From: Candidatus Krumholzibacteriota bacterium
Lineage (GTDB): Bacteria; Krumholzibacteriota; Krumholzibacteriia; JAJRXK01
Assembly: GCA_963727455.1 (NCBI GenBank)
Contig: CAVSGG010000009.1
Span: 256,001-320,000 of the forward strand
Direction of reading: 5' to 3'
Length of the DNA: 64,000 bases
Part shown: positions 17,964-27,445 of the stretch, in pieces
Numbering within the stretch: position 1 is the first letter of the stretch
Layout: every line of letters begins with the position of its first letter
The notes under the pieces: generated by a model
What the model was told of the DNA's origin: nothing
Database searches by the model: none
The model's input: only the letters and a program-made list of their open reading frames with translations
Made by a program: the position numbers and the translations under genes

Positions 17964-19370
17964 CTAGGGCTGCTGATAGATGAAGGCATCGACCACGCCG
18001 GCGAGCGGCCGCTGCGATCCGTCAGGGAAGCTCAAGTCGTTGGATTTGCTGCTGCCGACCATGATGATGGAAGCTCCCGACACCGTGATGCCGGTAGTCG
18101 TCTCCTCGTTCGAGCCGCCCACCCTTTGCGCCGAGCGCACCTGGCCGTCAGCAGACACGCGCGCGAAATACGCGTCGGTCGCGCCGACCGAGTTGAGCGT
18201 CGTCGACCCCGCAGTAAGGATGGTAGAGAAAGTCCCGCACACCACGATTTCTCCGGAGTCGGTGAGGGCCAAGTCGCTGACGAACTGGTCGTCGGCTCCG
18301 CCGAGGGTCACCACCCAACGCAGCTCTCCGGCCCGGCTATAACGCGCGATGAACCCGTCGATCCCTACCGCCGCCATGGATCCCGCGGAGGTGTCGACAT
18401 CGAAGTCGGCGGTTCCCGAGAATGTGCCCGCGACAACGGGCTCGTCGCCGATCGTGGCGACCCGCCGCGCTACGACGGCACCCGATCCACCGATGCGGAT
18501 GTTGCCCATCCCCGCGCCACCGGCGCTGAAACGGGATACGAACGCATTCGCCGCTCCGTCGTTGGGCAGGACCACCCCGCCGATCGTCACGCTCGCACCT
18601 TCATACCCCCCGCACACGAGCACCGAGCCATCCTGACTGACGGCCGTCCCCCAGCAGATCGACTGGGACGCCGTAGTCGCCGTCTTCTGCCAGATCCCCC
18701 CGCCACCGGACCCCAGCTTCGCCAGAAAGCCGCTGTTCTTTCCCGCGGTCCTACCGTCAGTCCGGCCAGATCGATCTCTCCGTAGCTAAAACCGGCGACA
18801 TAGATGGAGCCGTCCGGAGCTACCGCGAGGTCGGTGGCCTCGTCATCGAGCACTCCCTGCGTCCCCCCCTGAGCCCACATCGGGTGACCGGTGGCATCCA
18901 ACTTGGCCACGAACACGTCCCCGCTACCGCTGCCGGTCAGGTTGATGGATCCAAAGGTAATGTCGGAAAAGAAATACCCCGCGATCACGAGGTTGTTGCT
19001 CGGGTCGCTCACCATCGCGTGGATTTCCGGGGGAGTACCAGCACCGGGGACGAGGGTGACCGAGGAGGTCGAACCATCCGCATTGAACCCGGCCACGAAG
19101 AAGTGCGAGGTACCCGAAGGATCCGAAAATCGTGGAGGAGCCGGTGATCTGTAGCGAATGGCCGCACTGCCCTACCATCACCCTCAGACCGTCGGAGGTC
19201 ACGGCGACGTCGCCCGAGAGCGTATTGTCGCTTCCGCTCCCGAAAATCATACGCGAGAACGCGGACGATCCGCCGTTCTCAGGCCCAGTCGGGTCGCTTC
19301 CACAACCACCCAGCAGCGGCATGGCGACCGCGACACAGAATAGAAGAAGAACCGAGAACCACATACGCAT
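17964..19370 (-). pseudogene. Paralog of the 16521-17915 beta-propeller lipoprotein with two frameshifts
   Basis: Three overlapping ORFs (18924-19379, 18587-19096, 17964-18623) are collinear with the neighbour. Lipobox LGGC and the same terminus (FIYQQP vs FLYQQP). Confidence 0.8.
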
Positions 19371-19559
19371 GCGTGTCACCTCGAATGTTTACACTCGTGC
19401 CTGGTGGACAATTGGCTGGGGGACGCCCGGCGACCACCCGGGAGCGAGGGATGGTCAAATTTGCACGTAGGGACGATTGATGATGGCACACCCGCTTGTG
19501 GCCGTCCATCATCCTATGGCAGAGACGTTTGTCCTGTATTTGTGGCCGGAGGTGCCGGC

Positions 19560-19690
19560 CAGCAACTCAGGGCGGACCCTTCGAGGGACGCATGGCGATC
19601 TTCGACATCCGAGGCCGACGCGTGCGCGAGTTCGAGCTTCAACCCGAACGACGTGTCCTCTCCTGGGACGGACACAATCTACCCGGCGGA
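19560..19690 (+). pseudogene. Remnant of a FlgD-Ig/T9SS-like C-terminal domain
   Basis: GRMAIFDIRGRRVREF...LSWDGHNLPG, with no intact upstream gene. Confidence 0.5.
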
Positions 19691-19705
19691 TCTTCCTGGA
19701 AAACC

Positions 19706-20476
19706 TCAGAATACGACGCCGAAGCCCGTGTAGGTACTCCAGTCGGATTTCTTAACGCCGGCTGGTGGCCGCGTGTCGTGCTCGACGGCCATGCCTGCCT
19801 TGAGGTCCACGGCGCCGCTGACCTTCACTGCCAGCGAAGCGTTGACCACGGTGCGGGTGTCGCCGAAATCGGCGCACAAAGGCTGCCAGTAGCCCACTAG
19901 CTCGAGCTTCGTGCCGGCTGCGAGCGCACGCCGGGACAGAATGAAGGTCGACAGGCGACCGCGCCCGGTGTGGCCGGTCTGGCCCGCGATGCGCTCGGCC
20001 TCCAGCATGGGGGTCAGGCCCACCGCCAGGCGGCTGCCCGGGCGGTCGACGAAGTCGTAGCGCAGACCGGCGCCCGCCAGCAAGCGGGACGTCAGCCTCT
20101 GGAAGGAGTTGGCCTGGACCTGCACGAAGGATACGGTGGCCCAACGCGCGCCCAGGCGATGGTTGTGGCGCAGGTGGACCATGCCGTTGCGGTCGGTCAC
20201 CGCGTTGTCGCTCTCCTGGTACGATCCGGCAATCAGCAAGCGCAGGGTTTGGACACGACCTCGCCACTGGATGCGGCCGCCGGCAGCGAGTTGGAGGCTG
20301 GAGCTGTTGCCACCCTGCCCGGTGAACAACCCGTCCAGGCCACCGGACCAGCCGGGTTCGCGCGCCGCGAAACCGTGCAGGGTATCCACGACGACCGTGG
20401 CGGCGGCCACATGGGCGAACAGGATCAGGATGATGACGACTGAGGGTACGAGAGCGGCGCGGGCGCGACGAATCAT
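19706..20476 (-). CDS. DUF481-like outer membrane beta-barrel protein
   Basis: Signal peptide, G.GGNS, HLRHNHRL, alternating beta strands, EHDTRPPAGVKKSD and a terminal Phe. Confidence 0.75.
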   Translation of the reverse strand: MIRRARAALVPSVVIILILFAHVAAATVVVDTLHGFAAREPGWSGGLDGLFTGQGGNSSSLQLAAGGRIQWRGRVQTLRLLIAGSYQESDNAVTDRNGMVHLRHNHRLGARWATVSFVQVQANSFQRLTSRLLAGAGLRYDFVDRPGSRLAVGLTPMLEAERIAGQTGHTGRGRLSTFILSRRALAAGTKLELVGYWQPLCADFGDTRTVVNASLAVKVSGAVDLKAGMAVEHDTRPPAGVKKSDWSTYTGFGVVF

Positions 20477-20513
20477 TGGGCTCCCCCAGGTGTGCGGGGA
20501 TACACCCGCCACC

Positions 20514-21033
20514 TCAGCAATCGCCCGCGTCGCAACGCTCCTTGATGTGGCGTAGGACCTTGCGCACCGAGACGAAACCGGTCAGCGTTCCGTCCTCTTC
20601 GCAGATGGGCAGATGCCGGTTTCCCCAGGCGGTCATGCCGTTGAGCGCGTAGGCGATGGTGTCGTTCGGGGAGTAGACGAAGGGTGTCTCGGTCATGACC
20701 TCGGAGATCTTCAATGTGGTGAGCTCAGCGTCGGGCGCCACGCGCCGGATGAGATCGCGCTCGGTGAAGATTCCCTTCACCCCGTCCTCATTGCAGATGA
20801 GAACGCTGCCGCGCCGATCCGCGCGCATCAGGGGCAGAGCATCGGCCACCGAATGCTCGGGACCGACCACTCCGGGTTTGAGGGTCTCCAGATCCGAGAG
20901 GGTGTCCCCCAGAACTCCGGTCTTCAGCCGATTCCGGAAGTTTCTCCACGTCCGCGGAGGCCAAATCACTGTGACAAACTTCGCAGGCGTCGACGCCCTG
21001 TAGATTAGCATGACCGCAGAGGGGACAATCCAT
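20514..21033 (-). pseudogene. Zinc-ribbon plus CBS-domain protein (apparent frameshift near 20928)
   Basis: MDCPLCGHAN..CEVCH starts in one frame, and the CBS pair (GIFTERD, RHLPI) is in another. Confidence 0.7.
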
Positions 21034-21052
21034 GTGCTTCTCACTTTCGCGT

Positions 21053-22075
21053 CTAGGCGACCACCCAGGTGTTTTTTCCGTGCAGTAGAGCCTTCAGATC
21101 TCCCGCCCCCTCGCGCTTGCGCGCGGCATCGACCTGCGCCTGCAGACTTTCCTCGTAGATGTCCTTCTTCACATCCAGGAAAACGCCGGTCGGAACCGGG
21201 AAGTCGGGGTAGTCCAGAGTGGAGAGCAAGTAGGCCATCGCAGGATTCGTGGCATCGTGAATCATGAGATCCTTCTCGGTGACGCCGTTTTCGCCGATGG
21301 TGACCTTTTCGGGGCGAAGGCCCTTGAGACGCAGCCCGTATTGACGGTCCTTTCCGAAACGGATCGGCTCGCCCGGCTGCAGATACATCATGTGATCTTC
21401 GCGCACCGCCTTCGCGGTGTACTCCTCGAAGGCCTTGTCATTGAAGATGATGCAGTTCTGATAGACCTCGAGGAAGGAGACCCCGTCGTGCTTGGCCATC
21501 AGCTCGATCATGTGTGACAGGTGCTTGGTGTCGGCGTCGGTCGATCTTCCCACCCAGCTCGCCTCGGCGGCTAGCGCCACGCGGATGGGGCGAATGGGAT
21601 GCTCGACCGTGCCTTGGGGACTGGACTTCGTCCTCTTCCCGTACTCCGAAGTCGGGGAGTACTGGCCTTTCGTGAGACCATAAATACGGTTGTTGAATAG
21701 GATGACGTTGATGTCCAGGTTGCGGCGCAGACCGTGCAGGAAGTGATTCCCGCCGATCGACAGGCCGTCACCGTCACCGGTGATGACCCAGATGCTCAGC
21801 TTCGGATTCGCGATTCGCAGGCCGGTGGCCAGAGTGATGGCGCGGCCGTGGATGCTATGGAATCCGTAGGTATCCATGTAGTAGGGAAAGCGGCTGGAGC
21901 AGCCGATCCCACTGATGAAGACGATGTCCTCCTTGGGGTAACCCAACTCGGGCATCACTTTCTGAACCTGACTCAGAATGGAGTAGTCCCCACAACCGGG
22001 ACACCAGCGCACGTCTTGGTTGCTGGCGAAGTCCTTGCGGGTGAGCTTCTCAGCGGTAGCTCCTGCGGTGTTCAT
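21053..22075 (-). CDS. korB: 2-oxoacid:ferredoxin oxidoreductase beta subunit
   Basis: WCPGCGD, SGIGCSSR, HGRA, GDGDG..IGGNH, NNRIYGLTKGQ.SPT. Confidence 0.95.
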   Translation of the reverse strand: MNTAGATAEKLTRKDFASNQDVRWCPGCGDYSILSQVQKVMPELGYPKEDIVFISGIGCSSRFPYYMDTYGFHSIHGRAITLATGLRIANPKLSIWVITGDGDGLSIGGNHFLHGLRRNLDINVILFNNRIYGLTKGQYSPTSEYGKRTKSSPQGTVEHPIRPIRVALAAEASWVGRSTDADTKHLSHMIELMAKHDGVSFLEVYQNCIIFNDKAFEEYTAKAVREDHMMYLQPGEPIRFGKDRQYGLRLKGLRPEKVTIGENGVTEKDLMIHDATNPAMAYLLSTLDYPDFPVPTGVFLDVKKDIYEESLQAQVDAARKREGAGDLKALLHGKNTWVVA

Positions 22076-22094
22076 CACATTCTTCCTTTCGGGC

Positions 22095-23951
22095 TCATCT
22101 GGCGACAGCCTTCTTCTCCAGAATGGCCCTGGCCTGTTCAACGATCTCCTCCACCTTGAACGGTTTCCCCTGCACCTTGCTCAAGCCCATGACAGGTTTG
22201 AGATACTCGGCTCGCAGGAGGCGGCGGAGCTGACCCAGGTTCATTTCCGGCACCAAGACCTGGTCGAAACTCTCGAGAATTTTCCCGAGATTGGCGGGGA
22301 ACGGGTTCAGATAGCGCAAGTGCGCATTCGCGACGGATAGACCTTCGGTGTTCCGCAGCGATTCGCAAGCACTCGCAATGGCTCCGTAGGTGGAACCCCA
22401 ACCCAGGATGAGCAACTCCGCGTCGGCGGGTCCCTCGATCTGAAGGTCGGGAACGTCCTGCACCATGCCGGCGACCTTGCGCGCGCGCAGCTGGATCATT
22501 TCCTCGTGATTCGCGGGATCGTAGCTCACGTTTCCTGTGAGGTGATCCTTCTCCAGGCCACCGATGCGGTGCTCGAGATGGGGAGTGCCGGGAATGGCCC
22601 AAGGACGCGAGAGGGTCTTGGGATCACGCCGGTAGGGCATGAACTCGCCCTCGCTCTTGGTGGCGTATTTGACGTGGATCTGCGGAAGCTCGGCGAGATC
22701 GGGAATCCGCCAGGGCTCCGCCCCGTTGGCAAGGTAGCCGTCGGACAGCACCATGACCGGAGTCATGTACTTCGTCGCGAGACGCACCGCCTCCATGGCC
22801 ACATGGAAGCAGTCGCCTGGAGTCGACGGCGCCAGCACCGGCAGGGGACACTCGCCGTTGCGTCCCACCACGGCCTGGAAGAGGTCCGCCTGCTCGGTCT
22901 TGGTGGGCAGGCCCGTGGAAGGTCCCCCGCGCTGCACGTTCACGATGACCAGGGGAAGCTCGGTCATCACGGCCAGTCCGATGGCCTCGCTCTTCAGCGC
23001 CACCCCGGGACCACTGGTTCCGGTAACCGCGATCGATCCGCCGTAGGCGGCCCCTATGGTGGCACCGATGGCGGCGATCTCATCCTCCGCCTGGAAGGTC
23101 TTCACGCCGAAGTCCTTGTGACGCGCCAGCTCGTGCAGGATGTCGCTGGCCGGAGTGATGGGATAGCTGCCGTAGAAGACGTCGGTCTTGCTCACCGCGC
23201 CCGCCGCGACGAAACCCAGAGCAAGCGCCTGGTTTCCGTTGATGCTGCGGTAGGTTCCCGGAGCCAGCGCGGCTTTCTTGACCTCGTAGGTGGTCTGGAA
23301 GACCTCGACCGTCTCCGCGTAATGCAGACCCTTCTTCAGCGCCAATTTGTTGGCCTGCGCGATTTCCGGCTTGGCGCCGAATTTCTGCTCGATCCAGGCC
23401 AGGGTGGAATCCAGGGAGCGCTGGTAGAGATAGAACATCACGCCCAGGGCGAAGAAGTTCTTACAGCGCTCGGCCAGCTTGCGCTTGAGACCGGTTTCCT
23501 CGACCGCGTTGATGGTCAGTTCGGTCATGGGAACCCGAATGAGGCGATAGTCGTCCAGGGAACCGTCTTCCAGCGGATTGCTCTCGTAGCCCGCCAGCTT
23601 CAGGTTCGACTTGGCGAAGGCGTCCTCGTTCACCATGAGGACTCCACCCTTGGGCAGGTCCTTCAGGTTCACCTTGAGCGCGGCCGGATTCATGGCCACC
23701 AGAACGTCGGGGTGATCCCCCGGCGTGCGAATGTCGTGCGAACTGAATTGGATTTGGAATCCCGAAACCCCGGCCAGGGAGCCGGCTGGGGCGCGGATTT
23801 CGGCGGGGTAGTCGGGGAAGGTCGCGATATCGTTTCCGACCAAGGCCGCGGTATCCGTGAATCGTGACCCGGTGAGTTGCATTCCGTCTCCGGAGTCACC
23901 CGCGAAACGAATCGTGACGCATTCCAATTCGGTCACTTTGCGCTCTGACAT
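22095..23951 (-). CDS. korA: 2-oxoacid:acceptor oxidoreductase alpha subunit
   Basis: FAGDSGDGMQ, YPITPASD, QAEDEIAA, TSGPG, QRGGPSTGLPT. Confidence 0.95.
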   Translation of the reverse strand: MSERKVTELECVTIRFAGDSGDGMQLTGSRFTDTAALVGNDIATFPDYPAEIRAPAGSLAGVSGFQIQFSSHDIRTPGDHPDVLVAMNPAALKVNLKDLPKGGVLMVNEDAFAKSNLKLAGYESNPLEDGSLDDYRLIRVPMTELTINAVEETGLKRKLAERCKNFFALGVMFYLYQRSLDSTLAWIEQKFGAKPEIAQANKLALKKGLHYAETVEVFQTTYEVKKAALAPGTYRSINGNQALALGFVAAGAVSKTDVFYGSYPITPASDILHELARHKDFGVKTFQAEDEIAAIGATIGAAYGGSIAVTGTSGPGVALKSEAIGLAVMTELPLVIVNVQRGGPSTGLPTKTEQADLFQAVVGRNGECPLPVLAPSTPGDCFHVAMEAVRLATKYMTPVMVLSDGYLANGAEPWRIPDLAELPQIHVKYATKSEGEFMPYRRDPKTLSRPWAIPGTPHLEHRIGGLEKDHLTGNVSYDPANHEEMIQLRARKVAGMVQDVPDLQIEGPADAELLILGWGSTYGAIASACESLRNTEGLSVANAHLRYLNPFPANLGKILESFDQVLVPEMNLGQLRRLLRAEYLKPVMGLSKVQGKPFKVEEIVEQARAILEKKAVAR

Positions 23952-24001
23952 GGATCTTCAGTCCTCGAGGTTCAGGTTGAAGTCTTCGTTACGATGCCGC
24001 A

Positions 24002-24502
24002 TCAACCCCCCTCCGCTTGGCTCATGACCTGACCCAAGTGGGGAGGCAAGTTGTAGACTTCGGTGGGAAAGAGCTCCGCGATGTATTTCACGATGCCCAA
24101 AGCGGTGAGAACTCCCACCAACTTGTGGTTCTCGACCACGGGAATGTGCCGATAGCCGCCTTCGACGATGAGATCGAGAGCCTGCAGGATCGAATCGTTC
24201 GGACCGATACAGCGCGGCTCCTTCGTCATGAACTCATCCACCGGTCGCTTGAGAGAGACCCCGTTTCCGGCGATCTTGTCGAGGTAGTCCCTCTCGGTGA
24301 AGATGCCGAGGAGGCGCTCGCCGTCGACAACCAGCGCGTAGTTCGTGGGGCGTGCCTTGATCCCTTCCACCGCTTCCTGGACTGGGGAATGGAGGGCGAC
24401 GGTGAAGGGTTCGCGCCGCATGACGTGGCGCACCTGCTCGCTGCTCAAGATTTGCTTCAGCTGCGGCTCTGAGGAGGGGGAATTCGAGTTTGTGGAGTCC
24501 AA
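24002..24502 (-). CDS. CBS-domain protein
   Basis: GIFTERD and YRHIPVV. Likely TTG start with GGAGG RBS. Confidence 0.85.
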   Translation of the reverse strand: MDSTNSNSPSSEPQLKQILSSEQVRHVMRREPFTVALHSPVQEAVEGIKARPTNYALVVDGERLLGIFTERDYLDKIAGNGVSLKRPVDEFMTKEPRCIGPNDSILQALDLIVEGGYRHIPVVENHKLVGVLTALGIVKYIAELFPTEVYNLPPHLGQVMSQAEGG

Positions 24503-24738
24503 GGCTAACCTCCCGCGTTCTCTAACGATATAAGAGAGCAGTCTAAACTCGTCTAGCACTGTGAGCAAGCCGACGCGGTAGATAGCTGGCTCAGCGACCC
24601 GGGACATCCCCCCTGATGGCGGCCAATATAGAGCGTGCTGAGGTGAGGTAAAGCCCCGACTGATCATTTTCCTGTCGTGAGCACATCGCGCAGGAACACA
24701 GGCCAGCGATTTTTCGGGCTGAATTTGGCCGCGCCCGG

Positions 24739-27420
24739 CTAGTCGGCAGCCTCTTCCGCTGCTCTCGTACGCAGCAGCGCATTGTAGAATAGCTTGAAGC
24801 TCGTTTCGCTCTGAGCGCGGTGGAGCGGGGAAAAGCCGAAGAGGACGATCCTCCCCTTCTGCAACGGAAGGTCCACCAGGGCCGGCCGTCCCGCGAGATG
24901 TCTCTCCCCCCGCAGATAGCCGGAAACGAGCAGATCCTCCCTGGCGTACAGTGTGGGGACCCCGATCCTCTCGGTATAGGCCTCCGGACGGAAGGCCTCG
25001 CCCTCGTCAAGAACCGCCGCAATCGAGGAAGGCATGCCCCAGCACAGGGGATGGGTCGGGTCGAGCTGGACTCTCACTTGGGTCCCCGGCGCCTCGAACT
25101 CATCCGAGGAGAGGAGCTCCAGTTCCGGTTGCACCGGCAACCTCAGAGCATGCGTGGCCCAGCGTGTGGCGGGTCCCATTGCGATGAGAGTCCCTCCCGC
25201 GCGCACGTACTGGCTGAGCAGCTCGGCGGCATTGCAATCGTCCAGGCCTCCCTGGTACTCCTTGGGCCAGGTAGCGCGGGAAAGACTGGGGCCGCGCGCC
25301 TCCTCGCGCCCCGCGGAGAGGATCTCGGGCGAGATCGGAGGCAGCACGATGATATCGTAGTCGCGCCGAAGGACCTCCCCCGGGTCGACCCGGTTGCTCA
25401 GGGCGCGAAAGTCACCGTTACGCAGGCGCTGGTAGCTGAAGCCGCTGCGATCCAGAACCAACCGCATCCAGCCCTCGCCGGTACTCCCTCCCCACGGACA
25501 ATAGAGCGCCAGGGAAGGCGCGTGCAGAGGAGCCGCATGGATGCGAAGCGCCGCGGCGTCCATACTGGAACTCGGCACCGGCAGAGCGTGCGCGCCGGCC
25601 GCCATGAGTAGAGCATCCTGCGCCCGCCCGTCGCGAAGCAAAAAATCGCCCTGGTGGATCCGGCTCTGCAAGCCAGGGGAAGGTTCCGGAGGACTCTTCC
25701 AGCGCCAGACTTCGACTCCCTGGGCCAAAAGTTTTGCTGCCGCCACGTAGCTCGCGTTGTCCCGGGCGGGCAGACGCACCGGGCCATCCACCGCCTCGGG
25801 TAAGGGACGATGGGGTCGAACCACTGGCGCAGCCCGGCTGAAATCGACGGCCTCGTCGAGGGACTCGACACGCACTCCCAAGAGCGCGGGCAAATTCCAG
25901 GCGCTGAGATCGTAGGGATGGAGCGCCGCCTCGTCCTTGCTCGCCCGGTGGGCCGGATAGTCTGGCGGATCCAACATCTCCATGAGGAAGGGACGAAAGG
26001 GCTGCGCGGCGTCGATGAGATAGGCGCCCTGGGGGTACGGTCTTCCCCCCACCGCAGCCGGACCCTCGAGCCAACGGAGCTGGATCCCCTCGTCCAGGAG
26101 CAGCTCGGCCAGGCGGTGCGCGGATCCCTCGTCGTGTTGGTCGGCCCCTACCACGAATCCGTAGGGCGCTTCGCTGCGTCCGCGCTGCACCGCCTCGGCA
26201 TTCATCCGATAAAAATTGAAGAGGAGCTCCTCCCTCTCGCGCGCCGCATAGGCGAGCAAGGAGAAGCTGAGGTCCTTCTCCAGGCTGACGATGTCCCGCA
26301 GCCGCCACCAACCGCCCGGCCAGGGATCGAGGAAATTGGACTGCCGCGCATATGAGGGCAGGCCTCGCCCACCTCCGTGTAGGCTTCCCGGCGCAAAGTA
26401 CAGTGGCGTCGCGATACGCGCGCTGGCCACCTCCGAGAGCAGGCCCAGCATGTTGTGCCAAAAGCCGGTCGAGCGCACCGAACCCGGCCATTCCCCGGTG
26501 AAGATGGTGGAGGTGGTGATCCCGCGGTGGCCGGCGGCGGTGAGTTCGCTCAGCATCTGCTGACCGGCCGCCGCGAGTTGGCTGTATACCAGTGGGTGCA
26601 CCGTGGAGGAGATCGGATCGTCGAAGGGTGGGAGGAACAGCCGGGGACCTGATGTCCCCATTTGATGCTCGTCGAGAATGACCTGGGGCAACCAATCTTC
26701 GTAGATGAGGCGCGACCAGAGCGAGGTCTCTTTCAGATTGTTGAAGAAACCGTCGCGGTTGTTGTCATGCCCCGCGTAGTGGTGGTAGAGCCACGGCGGC
26801 GGGCTGCCTTCGGCCTCGGTCCCCAGGTTCTTGCCGTACCAATCGCGCACGATGTCCAGCCCGTCCGGATTCATCGAAGGCACCATGAGCACCAGGCAGT
26901 TGTCGAGAATGGAGCGCATGGGCGCGTCATCACGGGTGGCAAACTCGTACATGATCTCCAGCGCGGCCTGCGAGGCTCCCACCTCGATGGCGTGAAGACC
27001 CATGGAGAATGCGACGATCACCTTTCCCTCGCGGGCCAACTCGCGCGCCCGCGCGGAATCGGTATCTCCTACCGTATAGAGCTGGTGGGCGAGGTCCTGC
27101 AGATGGTCGCGCTGGGCCACGGATTCCGCGCTGCCGAGGATCACGACGATGAAGGGTTTGCCCAGAGTGCTCTGACCGAGCTGGACTACGTCCACCCGAT
27201 CGCTCTGCTCGCTCAGATGATGGCTGTAGGCAACGATGCTATCCCAGCCGGCCAGCTCCCGGTCCGCGCCGAGGGGATGGCCCAGCCACTGGGCGGGTGA
27301 TTGGATATCTTCGTTCTCGGCATGCGCGGGCGCCACGGTGGCGCTCAGGAGCATGGCTGCCGCCAGCAAAGAAAGAAGAACTCTCGCCATCGACCGAAGT
27401 GGGCGCCGCCGGGCGCCCAC
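24739..27420 (-). CDS. M14-family zinc carboxypeptidase, secreted
   Basis: HAIE, NPDG, HDNNRD and DEHQMG motifs plus a signal peptide. The start may be 27390. Confidence 0.9.
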   Translation of the reverse strand: MGARRRPLRSMARVLLSLLAAAMLLSATVAPAHAENEDIQSPAQWLGHPLGADRELAGWDSIVAYSHHLSEQSDRVDVVQLGQSTLGKPFIVVILGSAESVAQRDHLQDLAHQLYTVGDTDSARARELAREGKVIVAFSMGLHAIEVGASQAALEIMYEFATRDDAPMRSILDNCLVLMVPSMNPDGLDIVRDWYGKNLGTEAEGSPPPWLYHHYAGHDNNRDGFFNNLKETSLWSRLIYEDWLPQVILDEHQMGTSGPRLFLPPFDDPISSTVHPLVYSQLAAAGQQMLSELTAAGHRGITTSTIFTGEWPGSVRSTGFWHNMLGLLSEVASARIATPLYFAPGSLHGGGRGLPSYARQSNFLDPWPGGWWRLRDIVSLEKDLSFSLLAYAAREREELLFNFYRMNAEAVQRGRSEAPYGFVVGADQHDEGSAHRLAELLLDEGIQLRWLEGPAAVGGRPYPQGAYLIDAAQPFRPFLMEMLDPPDYPAHRASKDEAALHPYDLSAWNLPALLGVRVESLDEAVDFSRAAPVVRPHRPLPEAVDGPVRLPARDNASYVAAAKLLAQGVEVWRWKSPPEPSPGLQSRIHQGDFLLRDGRAQDALLMAAGAHALPVPSSSMDAAALRIHAAPLHAPSLALYCPWGGSTGEGWMRLVLDRSGFSYQRLRNGDFRALSNRVDPGEVLRRDYDIIVLPPISPEILSAGREEARGPSLSRATWPKEYQGGLDDCNAAELLSQYVRAGGTLIAMGPATRWATHALRLPVQPELELLSSDEFEAPGTQVRVQLDPTHPLCWGMPSSIAAVLDEGEAFRPEAYTERIGVPTLYAREDLLVSGYLRGERHLAGRPALVDLPLQKGRIVLFGFSPLHRAQSETSFKLFYNALLRTRAAEEAAD

Positions 27421-27445
27421 TACCCCCGTTTCGACTACGCGCTTC

